Notes: generated by a model not told the origin, from the letters alone. DNA of 64,000 bases from Rhodanobacter sp. (GCA_040006415.1 JBDTXA010000004.1:721-64720); one strand, 5' to 3'. Positions 53,756-64,000 are shown, numbered from the stretch's first letter. Translations and numbers: made by a program.

Positions 53756-55992
53756 TGTCTGATTCAGCCAATAACGACAAACTCATGCTGACGATGGACA
53801 AGCCGCACCCATCGAGCTTGCTCGACACCGGCGTGCAAGGCGTCATCGGCAAGCCGCTGGCACGTGTGGATGGGCCGAAGAAAGTCACCGGCGCGGCCAC
53901 CTATGCGGCGGAATACCAGTTCGACAATCTGGCCCACGGCGTGCTGGTTGGCAGCACGATCGGCAAGGGCAGAGTGGTGTCCATCGATGCCGACGCAGTC
54001 AGAGCCATACCGGGCGTCATCGATGTCATCACCGATTTCGAGCGCTTCATCCGCAATTCGCAGCAGGGCGGCAAGACCGATGCACCCGCGCAGGGGGTCA
54101 GGGACGTGGCCTATTTCGGGCAGATCATCGCCATCGTGATCGCGGAGTCGTTCGAGGTTGCCCGGGATGCTGCCCTGCGCCTGCCGGTGGCATACGAGCG
54201 CGAGGAAGGTGTTTTTGAATTTTCGATGCAGCTTGAGCGTGATTACGACCTGCCCCCCAACAACACGCCCGCACATGCCGAACAGGGCGATCTGGAAAAC
54301 GCGATGCGTGAGGCGGCCGTCACGGTCGACTCGACCTACACCACGCCCAGCCAGAATTCCGCCGCGATGGAGCCCCACGCCTCGATCGCCACTTGGAAAG
54401 ACGGCGCGCTTACACTCTATGGTTCTTACCAGATGCCCACCTCCGACGCCAAGCAGCTCGCGAAAGCTCTCGGTGTGGCCGCTGATACGGTCCGCATCAT
54501 CTCGCGCTACGTTGGCGGCGGTTTCGGTTCCAAGCTTGGTATCGCCCCGGAGAGCGTGGCGGCGGCCATCGCGGCAAAGCGATTGGGTCGCCCCGTGAAA
54601 GCGGTGATGTCGCGGCCGCAAGTGTTCGAGGCGACCGTGCGTCGATCAAACACATCACAGCGCATGCGCTTGGCGGCGACGGCGGAGGGCAAGATCACCG
54701 GTATCGGACACGAAACGACGGCGTCCAATCTGGAAGGCGAAAACTTCTTCGAGCCGGCGGGTATCTCGACCCACTTTCTCTATGTCGGCGAGCATCGGTT
54801 GATCTCGCACGATCTGGTGCGCATGAACTGGGGCCTCTCAGGATCCATGCGCGCGCCGGGCGAGGCGGTCGGTCTGTTGGGGCTGGAGTGCGCCATGGAT
54901 GAACTGGCTTACGCCCTGCAGATGGATCCCATCGCATTGCGGCGGCTCAACGAACCTGAGCGCGATCCGGAAAAGAACGTGCCGTTTTCCTCGCGCTCGC
55001 TGATGCAAACGCTGGACGAGGGTGCCAATCGATTCGGCTGGGACAAGCGGCATGCCAAGCCGGGAACCCAGCGCGAGGGTGAATGGCTGATCGGTATGGG
55101 TGTGGCGGCAGCCGCGCGCTCGAACTTGCTGATGGAGTCATCGGCCAAGGTTTCGATCCATCCCGACAGTAGCGTCACGGTCTCGTCCGCGATGACCGAC
55201 ATCGGGACCGGCAGCTACACCATCCTCACCCAGGTGGCGGCCGAGGTGCTGGGGGTACCAATGGAACAGGTGAAAATGGAACTGGGCGACACCAGCGATG
55301 TGCCCGCTGCCGGCTCCGGTGGATCGTGGGGCGCGGCGTCCTCGGGATCGGCGGTCTACCTTGCGTGCGAAAAACTTCGCGCCGAACTTGCCAAGGCCCT
55401 GGGCGTTGACGGCGATGCATTGACGTTGATGGACGGCATGGCCAGCGCGAATGGCGAAAGCAAGCCGATCGGCAAGCTGGTCGGTGACGGCATCGAGGCA
55501 GTCGGCACGATCAAGCCGGGCAAACAGGAGAAGGAATTCACTCAGGCATCGTACGGCGCGCATTTTGCCGAGGTTGCCGTTAACGCCGTGACCGGTGAAA
55601 CCCGCGTGCGGCGCATGCTGGGCGTATTTGCCGCCGGACGCATTCTCAACGAGAAAACAGCGCGCTCGCAGTGCTTGGGTGGAATGACATTCGGCATCGG
55701 ATCCGCGCTCACCGAAGACCTGATCCACGACACAAACACGGGCAAGGTGGTCAATCACGATCTGGCCGAATATCACGTCGCGGTCAATGCCGACGTGCCG
55801 CAGCTGGAAGTCATTTTTCTTCCCGAGCGCGATGTCCACGCCAATCCGATCCATGCCAAGGGTATCGGCGAACTGGGTGTTTGTGGCGCGGGCGCTGCCA
55901 TTGCAAACGCGGTTTACAACGCAACCGGCATTCGTGTGCGGGACTTTCCCATGACGCTGGACAAGTTGCTGGATCAACTGCCGGTTATGTGA
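53752..55992 (+). CDS. Aldehyde oxidoreductase molybdopterin subunit (PaoC/YagR-like)
   Basis: [36 protein letters not shown]. Confidence 0.92.
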   Translation: MMSDSANNDKLMLTMDKPHPSSLLDTGVQGVIGKPLARVDGPKKVTGAATYAAEYQFDNLAHGVLVGSTIGKGRVVSIDADAVRAIPGVIDVITDFERFIRNSQQGGKTDAPAQGVRDVAYFGQIIAIVIAESFEVARDAALRLPVAYEREEGVFEFSMQLERDYDLPPNNTPAHAEQGDLENAMREAAVTVDSTYTTPSQNSAAMEPHASIATWKDGALTLYGSYQMPTSDAKQLAKALGVAADTVRIISRYVGGGFGSKLGIAPESVAAAIAAKRLGRPVKAVMSRPQVFEATVRRSNTSQRMRLAATAEGKITGIGHETTASNLEGENFFEPAGISTHFLYVGEHRLISHDLVRMNWGLSGSMRAPGEAVGLLGLECAMDELAYALQMDPIALRRLNEPERDPEKNVPFSSRSLMQTLDEGANRFGWDKRHAKPGTQREGEWLIGMGVAAAARSNLLMESSAKVSIHPDSSVTVSSAMTDIGTGSYTILTQVAAEVLGVPMEQVKMELGDTSDVPAAGSGGSWGAASSGSAVYLACEKLRAELAKALGVDGDALTLMDGMASANGESKPIGKLVGDGIEAVGTIKPGKQEKEFTQASYGAHFAEVAVNAVTGETRVRRMLGVFAAGRILNEKTARSQCLGGMTFGIGSALTEDLIHDTNTGKVVNHDLAEYHVAVNADVPQLEVIFLPERDVHANPIHAKGIGELGVCGAGAAIANAVYNATGIRVRDFPMTLDKLLDQLPVM

Positions 55993-57614
55993 GGCTTTGC
56001 GTCATCAGCAGGGCGGGTCGGATCCGAGACAGGGACTTCTGACTTTAAGGCCTTTCCGTCTATCAACCACCATGCGCACGCTGCACTGACCAATGCCAGA
56101 GCTGAGGAGAGCCACATGACGCAGCGAAAACCAGCCACGAACGACATGTCGACGGCATAGGCGAGGGCTCTCACGTTCGTCTCTGAGCCGTCGGGGATGA
56201 CGATGCCGGCCAGTTTCTGGCGCTGTGCGAGGACGGCGGCAGTGAGCTCGGGCGACAGATGAAGGCTAGCGATTTCACTGACCAGGCGGGCGTCGAACGC
56301 CGCGGTCAGCAGCACGCCGAACACGGCGATTGCGAGCAGGCCGCCTGTGCGGGAGATGGCGTTGTTGATGCCCGACGCGGTGCCCGCGCGGTCGGTGCCC
56401 ACGCTATTCATGACCGTGGTCGTCAACGGCGCCACGGTGACCGACATACCAAGTCCCAGCGTGCAGATGGCTGGAAAGAAGCTGACCCAGTAGCTGGCCC
56501 CGATCGATGGCAGCGCGAACAGCGCAAAACCGGCGGCCGAGATGATCGGTCCCACCACCAGCGGTAGACGAGGCCCGAACAGGTCAACCAAATGACCAGC
56601 CCATCGCGACAGCAGAAACATGATGACAATGAAGGGCAGCAAGGCGGCACCGGCAGCGGTGGCGCCATAACCCTGCACCTGGATCAGGTTCAGGGGCAGG
56701 TAGAACAGGCTGCCGGACAGCGCGGCATAGAGCAGAAAAGTGAGCAGGCTGACGCCGGCGAACGTACGCTGCCGAAACCATGCCAGCGGCAACATTGGCG
56801 CCCTGCCGCGTGCCTCGACACGCAGGAATAGGCCCATTGATAAAATGCCAATGCCGGCGGCGACGAGAATCGGGGCGGATGTCCATCCGCGTGCGGGCGC
56901 CTCGATCAACGCAAAAACCGCGCCGGCCAGGCCCGCGGTGACCCATATGGCACCGCTAACGTCGACCGGGTCTTCATGCGACGAGCCCACGCTTTCGGGC
57001 ACTTTCAGCGCGCACAACAGCAGTAGTGCCACGCCGAGCGGCAAGTTGATCAAAAACGCCCAGACCCACGAATAATGTTCGATCAGAAAGCCGCCAATGA
57101 CCGGCCCGATGGCAGCGGCTATGCCGCTGAAAGCGGACCATGTGCCGATCGCGGCACCGCGCTCAGCCTGCGGATATGTCGCGCTGATCAACGCCAGACT
57201 GCCCGGCACCAGCAACGCTGCACCCACACCCTGCACCGCGCGGGCGCCGATCAGGAACTCGATGCCGGGCGAGAACGCGCAGGCGACCGACGCGAGCGTG
57301 AACAAGGCGGCCCCCAGCATGAAAACACGCCGGCGGCCGAAGCGGTCGCCCAGCGCGCCGCCGACCAGCAGCAATGCAGCGAGGAACAACGCGTACGACT
57401 CCATCACCCATTGTGCGTCGGCGCTGCCAGCATTCATTTGCCGCTGGATGGCGGGCAACGCCACGTTGACCACGGTGCCGTCGATGAACGCCAGGCTGGA
57501 GCCGATGATCGCCGCCACCAGCGTCCATCGTCTTGATGCCTTTGCACACGGCATGGCCGGTTCGGCGCCGAGGATGGCGCCGTAGTCGCACGGTGGTTTG
57601 CCGACAAGACTCAC
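55974..57614 (-). CDS. MFS transporter (DHA2, 14-TM)
   Basis: FIDGTVVNVALP, GALGDRFGRRR, GPVIGG, WAFLINLP. GTG start approximate. Confidence 0.9.
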   Translation of the reverse strand: MSLVGKPPCDYGAILGAEPAMPCAKASRRWTLVAAIIGSSLAFIDGTVVNVALPAIQRQMNAGSADAQWVMESYALFLAALLLVGGALGDRFGRRRVFMLGAALFTLASVACAFSPGIEFLIGARAVQGVGAALLVPGSLALISATYPQAERGAAIGTWSAFSGIAAAIGPVIGGFLIEHYSWVWAFLINLPLGVALLLLCALKVPESVGSSHEDPVDVSGAIWVTAGLAGAVFALIEAPARGWTSAPILVAAGIGILSMGLFLRVEARGRAPMLPLAWFRQRTFAGVSLLTFLLYAALSGSLFYLPLNLIQVQGYGATAAGAALLPFIVIMFLLSRWAGHLVDLFGPRLPLVVGPIISAAGFALFALPSIGASYWVSFFPAICTLGLGMSVTVAPLTTTVMNSVGTDRAGTASGINNAISRTGGLLAIAVFGVLLTAAFDARLVSEIASLHLSPELTAAVLAQRQKLAGIVIPDGSETNVRALAYAVDMSFVAGFRCVMWLSSALALVSAACAWWLIDGKALKSEVPVSDPTRPADDAKPHITGS

Positions 57615-57952
57615 GCTCACTCCGTCATGGAATGTTGAACACGACCAATGTGACATCTGCTTTGCGCGAACGAAGAGCGCGCGCGTACAGGGTACGCCGG
57701 CGCGGCCGCGTCGTGCAGCACGGCAACTAGCTGGAAGTCCAGAGCGTGCATCATTCCCGGCGAAGTTGCCGAGAATGCTATCCATCCCAAGCGCGTCGGT
57801 TCGTCTCGGCGCAGGTCCGTGCTGACGCTTCTACCGCATCGCTGCACACCCGTTCAGGCATCGGTCAACGGAAGCCGGCGAGCAGTGCGGCAAATTCCAG
57901 CCCCGATCAATCCATCGTACCGGCCGCGTCTCGAGTTTGCTCGTCGGCTGGA

Positions 57953-58819
57953 TCAGTGCTGCACGCGAGCCATGTGCACCAGCACGCCGGCGAGGCTCTT
58001 CAGATCCTGTGCGTTGTGTGCCGCGACCCGCCGCAAATTTCTTGCCGAGCCGCCGCGCAGATAGGTCAGCCACGCTGCTGGCGCTTCGGCCCCGGGCAGG
58101 TCGTCTTCGCGCACGACGCCCAGCAATTGTCGTTCCGCGGTGGCCAGGCGACAGTTTTCCCATTGACCTTTCCAGTGCCGGCGCACCGGATGCAGCAAGT
58201 CGATGTGGGCCAGGCCGGCGAGCGGATTGGGCAGGCGAGCGAGCCGATAGCGGGTGGTAAGCAACGGTGTGTCGTAGCACTTGCCGTTGTAGCTGACGAG
58301 AGTGGTGTCGTCACTGATCCAGCCCGCGAAGGTGCGCAGCATGGCGGTTTCGGCGGCCATGCGAGTGATGGTGAGTTGGCGGATGCGAAAGCGGCCATCG
58401 ATCCAGTCGGCAGCGCCGATCATGAAGGCGCGGGTGCCGGTGCCGCCGGCGAGGCCGGTGGTTTCGGTATCGAAGTGCAGCAGGCGGTCGTGATGAACGG
58501 ACGCCATCCGTGCGAAACCGGCGTCGATGATCGTTGGCGGTCGAAGCCAGTCGACGCAGGTTTCGGTGTAGCGCAGGCCCGGGGACAGTTCAATGCCGGG
58601 AACGTCACGATCGGTCGAGACGGGAGGAGCTGGCTCGCGTTTGAGATGTGCATGGCGTTTCAACAGCCGGCGCAGCTCGGGCGACAGCGGTGTGGCGGTT
58701 GGTGTGATCTTCTTCGACGGGGCGTCGTGCTGCGCAAGTTGAACGACCGGTCGGGAAGCGACGGTGGTGTGTCCCGCTTCTTCGCGCAGCTTGCGCATGC
58801 GATCCAGCAGGGCACTCAA
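57953..58819 (-). CDS. RNase H-like exonuclease (YprB/MrfB family)
   Basis: FDTETTGL, SYNGK.YD, HIDLLH, HNAQDL; overlaps the helicase stop. Confidence 0.88.
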   Translation of the reverse strand: MSALLDRMRKLREEAGHTTVASRPVVQLAQHDAPSKKITPTATPLSPELRRLLKRHAHLKREPAPPVSTDRDVPGIELSPGLRYTETCVDWLRPPTIIDAGFARMASVHHDRLLHFDTETTGLAGGTGTRAFMIGAADWIDGRFRIRQLTITRMAAETAMLRTFAGWISDDTTLVSYNGKCYDTPLLTTRYRLARLPNPLAGLAHIDLLHPVRRHWKGQWENCRLATAERQLLGVVREDDLPGAEAPAAWLTYLRGGSARNLRRVAAHNAQDLKSLAGVLVHMARVQH

Positions 58820-61269
58820 AGCGCCACCAGCAGCGCGAGTACGCGCAGGGCCAGCGCTTTCGGCGTGGCGTTGTCCCGTTCATGAGCCGCGATGCGAAGC
58901 GCGCGCCTGTCGGCGGCACTTTCCTCTGTGGCCAATACCGGACCGACACAGGCAGGACAGCCGGCGCGGCAGTCGCAGCGCTCGATCAGGGTGATGGATT
59001 GCGCAATGAGGTCCTCACGGCGATGGAACAGCGGCTCACTTTGACCGATACCACCCGGGAAAGCGTCATAGAGATAAACCGTAGGCGTGAATGGTGCGTC
59101 CGGTGTCAGCGTGGTGGGCTGGCCGTCGCCGCCGCGCAGTCGGCCGCGGCCGCTGATATCGGCACTGACGAACCAGGCGCCGTCGCCGCTGCCGACGGAT
59201 TTCTGCAGATCGCGCGCCTCAGCCATCACGGCCACCGTGGCAACGATATGCAGCGTGTACGCCGCACCGAGAAAGCCGTCAAGAGCCTGTTGACGGTCCT
59301 CGAAGGCCGACGCCAGCACCTGTTGCTCCAGTTGCCACCACACCGCCGTTGTATGCAACTCCTGGTCGGGCAAGTTGACGGGCCCGTAGCCAATATTCTC
59401 GTGCGAGTAGAAGCGAATCTTCTTGTAACCGGGTACACGACGTACCACGTGCACTTCTCCGTGATTGGCGCGACCGCAACCGGCATGCGAGCTGTCGAAA
59501 CAGTCGAGAACCTTTAGTTTGGTGTAGTCGATGGCGTCGGTGTAATAGTCGGCCTGGGTGCGCGTGACATAGGCCTTGCGGCCTTCCCAATCGAGTCTTT
59601 CCACTTGATACGGCGTCGACTGGATCATGTGGATGGCGCCTTCGTACAGAGTGACCGGTACGGCGGAGAAATCCACCTCGGCAATGATGGTCTGGCGGCC
59701 GTTGGTGCGGTCCACCACCACAAAGTTGCCATCGGCCACTGAACGCAGCGAGACCGCGATGGCCGGATAGCTGTCGGCAATCCACTCCCACCGATCACCT
59801 TCGCGATGCAGCAGGCCATCCTCTCCGAGCACCTCAAGCCATGGCGTGGCCACTTCCGTGCCAAACATTTCGTCGCCGACGAAGGGTAGTTCAAAGGCAG
59901 CGCAGCGGATATGGTCGAGCAGGATCAGTGGTTGATCCGGATGGATGCGTGCGTGTTCCGGCGGTGCGCCCTGGAAAAATTCCGGATGACGGATAAGGTA
60001 TTGGTCGAGCGGATCGGAGCTGGCGACCAGCACACCCAGCGCCGCCTGCTGACGCCGGCCCGCGCGCCCAAACCGTTGCCAGGTCGCAGCGACGGAGCCG
60101 GGATAACCGTTGAGAATCACCACGTCGAGGCTGCCGATGTCCACGCCAAGTTCCAGCGCCGAGGTGCTGACGATGCCGTCGATGCTGCCGGCACGCATCG
60201 CGCGTTCGGCCTCGCGGCGTTCCTTTGGCAGATAGCCGCCGCGGTAGGCACGGATACGCGGCGGTTTGCGTGGATCGTGGTCAAACACGTCCTTGAGGTA
60301 CTTGGTGAGCACCTCGACCATGCTGCGGCTCTGCGCGAATACCAGCGTCTTCATGCCCGACTTGATTGCCAGTCGGGCAATGCGATTGCTCTGCGAACGC
60401 GCCGAGGCACGCAAGCCGAGATCGGGATTCACCACCGGCGGGTTCCACAGCAGCACGTGCTTGTCGCCCGTCGGCGCGCCGCTTTCAGAAATCGCCGTGA
60501 CGGCGTCCTCGATCAGTGCCTCGGCGTGCTCCTGCGGATTACCAATCGTCGCCGAGCACAGGATGAACTGCGGCGTCACCCCGTAGAAGGCGCAAATACG
60601 CTTCAGCCGACGGATCACGTTGGCAACGTGCGAGCCAAACACGCCGCGGTACGTATGCACTTCGTCGATCACCACGTAGCGCAGGTTCTCGAAGAACTGT
60701 GCCCACTTGGTGTGATGCGGCAGAATCGCCTGATGCAGCATGTCCGGGTTGCTGACCACGATGTCGCCGTGCAGTCGGATCGCCTGACGCGCGTCGCCCG
60801 GCGTGTCGCCGTCGAAGGTGAAGGCTTTCACGCCCAGTTCGCCGGCGTTGTTGAGTTCCAGCAGTTCGGCCACCTGGTCCTGCGCCAGCGCCTTGGTCGG
60901 AAACAGGTACAGCGCCTTGGCATTGGACTGCATCGCCGCGGCGATGACCGGCAACGTGTAGCACAGCGACTTGCCCGAGGCGGTGGGGGTGACGATGGCT
61001 ACGTGCGCACCGGACCGTGTGGCCTTCCACGCTTCGGCCTGGTGGCTGTAGAGCTGCTCGATGCCACGCAGCTTCAAAGCCTTCGCCAAGGCGGTTGGCA
61101 GATCTTCCGGTAATGGCGCAAACGAACCCTCTCGACCCGGAACCACGAAGGCGCCGGTGATCCGCGACGCGTAACGTCGGGACAGGCGCTGGGCCAGCGT
61201 GCGTCCGTCACCGGGCTCGCGCAGCACCAGTTCATCGGTTCGATCGTAGCGATCTGGCAAGGCGTTCAT
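58816..61269 (-). CDS. DEAH-box helicase with C-terminal DUF1998 (MrfA/YprA/Hrq1 family)
   Basis: LYSHQ, TPTASGKS, DEVH, SAT, ELGVDIG, QRFGRAGR, YD..PGG.G, CDC..GCPAC. Confidence 0.92.
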   Translation of the reverse strand: MNALPDRYDRTDELVLREPGDGRTLAQRLSRRYASRITGAFVVPGREGSFAPLPEDLPTALAKALKLRGIEQLYSHQAEAWKATRSGAHVAIVTPTASGKSLCYTLPVIAAAMQSNAKALYLFPTKALAQDQVAELLELNNAGELGVKAFTFDGDTPGDARQAIRLHGDIVVSNPDMLHQAILPHHTKWAQFFENLRYVVIDEVHTYRGVFGSHVANVIRRLKRICAFYGVTPQFILCSATIGNPQEHAEALIEDAVTAISESGAPTGDKHVLLWNPPVVNPDLGLRASARSQSNRIARLAIKSGMKTLVFAQSRSMVEVLTKYLKDVFDHDPRKPPRIRAYRGGYLPKERREAERAMRAGSIDGIVSTSALELGVDIGSLDVVILNGYPGSVAATWQRFGRAGRRQQAALGVLVASSDPLDQYLIRHPEFFQGAPPEHARIHPDQPLILLDHIRCAAFELPFVGDEMFGTEVATPWLEVLGEDGLLHREGDRWEWIADSYPAIAVSLRSVADGNFVVVDRTNGRQTIIAEVDFSAVPVTLYEGAIHMIQSTPYQVERLDWEGRKAYVTRTQADYYTDAIDYTKLKVLDCFDSSHAGCGRANHGEVHVVRRVPGYKKIRFYSHENIGYGPVNLPDQELHTTAVWWQLEQQVLASAFEDRQQALDGFLGAAYTLHIVATVAVMAEARDLQKSVGSGDGAWFVSADISGRGRLRGGDGQPTTLTPDAPFTPTVYLYDAFPGGIGQSEPLFHRREDLIAQSITLIERCDCRAGCPACVGPVLATEESAADRRALRIAAHERDNATPKALALRVLALLVAL

Positions 61270-61311
61270 GGCGTAGCTCCCGTGCAGGTCGAGGAATTAG
61301 GCCGGTGTGCT

Positions 61312-61328
61312 GTCTCAGGGACTGAGAC
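61312..61328. promoter_or_regulatory. Perfect palindrome upstream of the helicase; candidate operator
   Basis: GTCTCAG-GGA-CTGAGAC. Confidence 0.45.
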
Positions 61329-61416
61329 CTCGAGAAGCGCTGGGCAGCCGTGGCGCCTTGTGCCACCAAGACTGCGCTAGTCTTTGAGGCCCGATGGAGC
61401 CTCAAAGGAAAGCCCG

Positions 61417-61791
61417 GTGAACCTCACTACCGTCGAAGCGAAAGCTTTTGTTCCCGCGACTGATTTCGAGCGATCGAAACAGTTCTATTTGACGATCGGG
61501 TTCGACATTCCCTGGTCCGATGACGGCCTGGCCTACGTTCGTCATGGCGCATGCAGTTTTCTGTTGCAGGCTTCGGGAGAGCCGGAGTTCGTTGCTCATT
61601 TCCAGATGCATTTGCTGGTGGAGAACGCCGACGACTGGCGAGCCCATGTCGTCAGCTCGGAGGAGGGCGGGGCTGCCGAGGTGGGACCGCTGACCGATCA
61701 GCCGTGGGGAATGCGCGATTTCACCCTGGTCGACCCGAGCGGCGTCCTGTGGCGAGTGGCTCAGAACATCCTGCCCGGAAACGTCGAATAG
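61417..61791 (+). CDS. VOC/glyoxalase family protein
   Basis: FVPA.DFERS..FY..IGF, DQPWGMRDF.L.DPSG.LW; GTG start after AAGGAA. Confidence 0.88.
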   Translation: MNLTTVEAKAFVPATDFERSKQFYLTIGFDIPWSDDGLAYVRHGACSFLLQASGEPEFVAHFQMHLLVENADDWRAHVVSSEEGGAAEVGPLTDQPWGMRDFTLVDPSGVLWRVAQNILPGNVE

Positions 61792-61845
61792 GTCCGAATA
61801 ACTGGCCTCGCCGACGCACTCTCGTTTTCACGCAGGGACATACTG

Positions 61846-62430
61846 ATGCGAAAGACCCGACTCGAAGCCTTCAGCGATGGCGTGCTGGCGATCATCATCA
61901 CCATCATGGTGCTGGAGATGAAGGTGCCCCACGGCGAATCACTGGCGGCACTGCTTCCGCTGGCCCCGGTCTTCCTGAGTTATGTACTGAGTTTTGTCTA
62001 CGTCGGTATTTACTGGAACAACCATCATCACATGCTGCGCCTGGCAGACCGGGTGACCGGTTCGGTGATGTGGGCGAATCTCCATCTGCTGTTCTGGCTG
62101 TCACTGTTCCCCTTCGTCACCGGATGGATGGGTGAAAACCACTTCGCGCAGGGACCTTCAGCGCTGTACGGCGTGGTGCTGTTCATGGCGGCGCTGGCGT
62201 ACTGGTTGCTGCAGCGGACGATCATTCGCGCTCAGGGAAGTCACTCCTCGCTGGCGCGCGCCATAGGCAGCGACTGGAAGGGCAAGATTTCACCTTTGAT
62301 ATATCCCGCAGGCATCGTTGCAGCGTTTCGCGCACCCTGGATCTCTCAGACGTTTTATGCATTGGCCGCGGTGCTATGGCTGGTACCGGATCGCAGAATC
62401 GAACGGGTGCTGAAAGATCGGACGGAATAA
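61846..62430 (+). CDS. TMEM175 (DUF1211) family K+ channel
   Basis: RLEAFSDGV.AI.ITI, SF...G.YW..HH. Confidence 0.92.
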   Translation: MRKTRLEAFSDGVLAIIITIMVLEMKVPHGESLAALLPLAPVFLSYVLSFVYVGIYWNNHHHMLRLADRVTGSVMWANLHLLFWLSLFPFVTGWMGENHFAQGPSALYGVVLFMAALAYWLLQRTIIRAQGSHSSLARAIGSDWKGKISPLIYPAGIVAAFRAPWISQTFYALAAVLWLVPDRRIERVLKDRTE

Positions 62431-62932
62431 GCCAACGACTGGTTTTACAGGTTGCAAGCTTTTGCTGCCCACAGCGTTGTGGAAGATCAGTATTTGCAGG
62501 AAAGATGGCACCTGACTTCTCCATCTTTACATCAAGATTCCTCCGAATCTGCAAGTTGATCGTGTTGATCCGTGGAGACACATGCGTCGGTCTAACTTCC
62601 CGTTCACCGCAAGAGCAGCTTTTTGCAATGCCGCGAGTTTCGCTGACGGCGCACGCGGCGCATTCCATGATCCATGACCTTTGACCGGTTCATGACCTTT
62701 GGCCCTTCGGCGGATGCGCAGCTGACAGTAGCCTGCGCCCAGCCATAGAGTTTGCGATTTCGGTCGCACGCTCATATGGCTCAGGATGGAAACTGATGAT
62801 GCTTTTTCCAGATGATCAGTCATTCGCATGGCGGCTAATGAAAACCATCCGACGTCCCCACGAGTGGGTTGCCAAATGATTTGGCGAGCCCATTTCCCCA
62901 AAAATTGCAATCCATGGAATCAGGAAAATCTC

Positions 62933-63322
62933 ATGAACAAAAAAAGCTTGCTCTTGAATACTCATGCACGGCGCCGACGCGGCATCTCTCTCTTGAGCCT
63001 GACAATGGCAACGGCTCTCGGCGTTTTTGGTGCGGCAGGATCGTCAGCGGCCAACGCACAGGCTACAGCGGGGAGTATCTTCGGAAAGGCGCCGGCTGGT
63101 GAAACGGTGATGGCCAAGAGCACGACCAACGGCATGCAGCGTCACGTGAAAGTCGATTCGAAAGGTCGCTACATGTTGCGCGCCTTGCCCATTGGCATCT
63201 ACAACGTCGTGCTGGAAAAAAATGGCCAGCCAGCCGTCAAACATCCAAACGTGCCGGTCGTCGTCGGTCGCGGTAGCAACGTCGACTTTGAATGCGTTCA
63301 GGACAAGTGTGCGGGCGAGTAA
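62933..63322 (+). CDS. Secreted stand-alone carboxypeptidase-regulatory-like domain protein
   Basis: Signal peptide (ANA-Q), QATAGSIFG, GRY....LPIG.Y.V; resembles the N-terminal domain of Oar-type TonB receptors; CAGGAA SD. Confidence 0.75.
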   Translation: MNKKSLLLNTHARRRRGISLLSLTMATALGVFGAAGSSAANAQATAGSIFGKAPAGETVMAKSTTNGMQRHVKVDSKGRYMLRALPIGIYNVVLEKNGQPAVKHPNVPVVVGRGSNVDFECVQDKCAGE

Positions 63323-63434
63323 AGAGACTGGATTAAGTACAGTCAGCCGTGTCGATCGCAACCACCGACGGTTCGTTTGAAGAGTCGAATGCGCGAATGT
63401 TCTTGAACTGAGCTCGATCGCCATTCGCAGCAGT

Positions 63435-63469
63435 AAAGGCCAGGTGCTTGAAGGCGCCTGGCCTTTTTT
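63435..63469 (+). terminator. Intrinsic terminator
   Basis: AAAGGCCAGGTGC-TTGAAG-GCGCCTGGCCTTTTTT. Confidence 0.85.
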
Positions 63470-63603
63470 CGGCTTCATGTGATCGTCAGCAAGGGCGTCA
63501 AAAAGGACGACGCCGCGCTGCTACGGCGCCCTTTGCTGGTATTGCGCGTTACAACGTCTACAACACGATGTGCTGGAGCGTCACCGCAATCAAGGCCGGT
63601 ACC

Positions 63604-63683
63604 TTGTAGGAGCGCACCCTGTGCGCGATGCTTTTCAAAGCGGCCTCAAAGCAGAGCATCGCGCACAGGGTGCGCTTCTACAA
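63604..63683. repeat. GTAG-family REP doublet (REPIN)
   Basis: TTGTAGGAGCGCACCCTGTGCGCGATGCT...AGCATCGCGCACAGGGTGCGCTTCTACAA inverted pair. Confidence 0.88.
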
Positions 63684-63898
63684 CGTGACGCCTGTCGTCA
63701 GGCGGTTTCGTTAAGGGGGCCCTGATCGATCACGAAGCCATAGCGCACGTCGCTCTTGCGCAATGCGCTAGGCCTCGTTGACGTTCTACCTCCAAATTGC
63801 TGTGATGCCGTGTCTTCGCAGAAATCGAGCCTTCCTTTCCTGGCGAGAGTACGTTCTTGCTGCCTGACGCAACGCCGGAAAGTACCGGCACGATCGGA

Positions 63899-64000
63899 TC
63901 AGAGCGCCTCGAAGATACCTGCAGCACCCATGCCGGTGCCGATACACATCGTGACCATGCCGTACTTTTGCTTACGACGGCGCATGCCATGCACCAGGGT
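63899..64000 (-). CDS. Acetyl-CoA C-acyltransferase (thiolase), C-terminal fragment
   Basis: Manual translation TLVHGMRRRKQKYGMVTMCIGTGMGAAGIFEAL* contains the thiolase CIGxGxG motif. Confidence 0.92.
   Translation of the reverse strand, partial: TLVHGMRRRKQKYGMVTMCIGTGMGAAGIFEAL

Noticed and set aside
58816-61269. DISARM or Druantia assignment for the DUF1998 helicase
   Set aside because: No methylase, PLD or other partner genes nearby; the RNase H-like partner indicates the MrfAB type.

Overview
GC-rich chromosomal window whose gene order and REP sequences suggest Xanthomonadales, probably Rhodanobacteraceae (Dyella/Rhodanobacter-like); this is an inference. Bases 1-2.3 kb look like the edge of a genomic island at the tmRNA/smpB hotspot: the 3' end of a type I restriction subunit (hsdR), a displaced and damaged tmRNA-like 3' end with a terminator, then an HD-domain (Mesh1/SAH-like) gene and a UDG-superfamily gene. 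Bases 2.4-37 kb are mostly core genome: smpB, ratA/ratB, bamE, fur, a MASE1 kinase with a NarL-family regulator, recN, hrcA-grpE-dnaK-dnaJ-dapB, a yybP-ykoY riboswitch with a Na/Ca antiporter, carAB-greA, type B L36 (missed by the ORF track), a LysR regulator, fadH, acyl-CoA-binding protein, cmk-rpsA-ihfB-lapA-lapB, glycan genes and galU. Bases 37-64 kb are more accessory: a cupredoxin/EAL pair, an ada-2OG oxygenase-alkB operon with an Ada box, REP elements, an orphan ORF, an amber-interrupted PfpI gene, a PaoABC-like molybdoenzyme, an MrfAB-like helicase/nuclease pair, TMEM175 and the end of a thiolase. The three best candidates for undescribed systems are (1) a GGA-loop (Csr/Rsm-type) sRNA candidate directly downstream of the MASE1 kinase, preceded by a NarL-type near-palindrome, (2) a LysR-divergent sRNA candidate with CCUCC loops and (3) the HD plus UDG-like pair at the island edge. 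All calls come from reading motifs by eye; no database searches were run.
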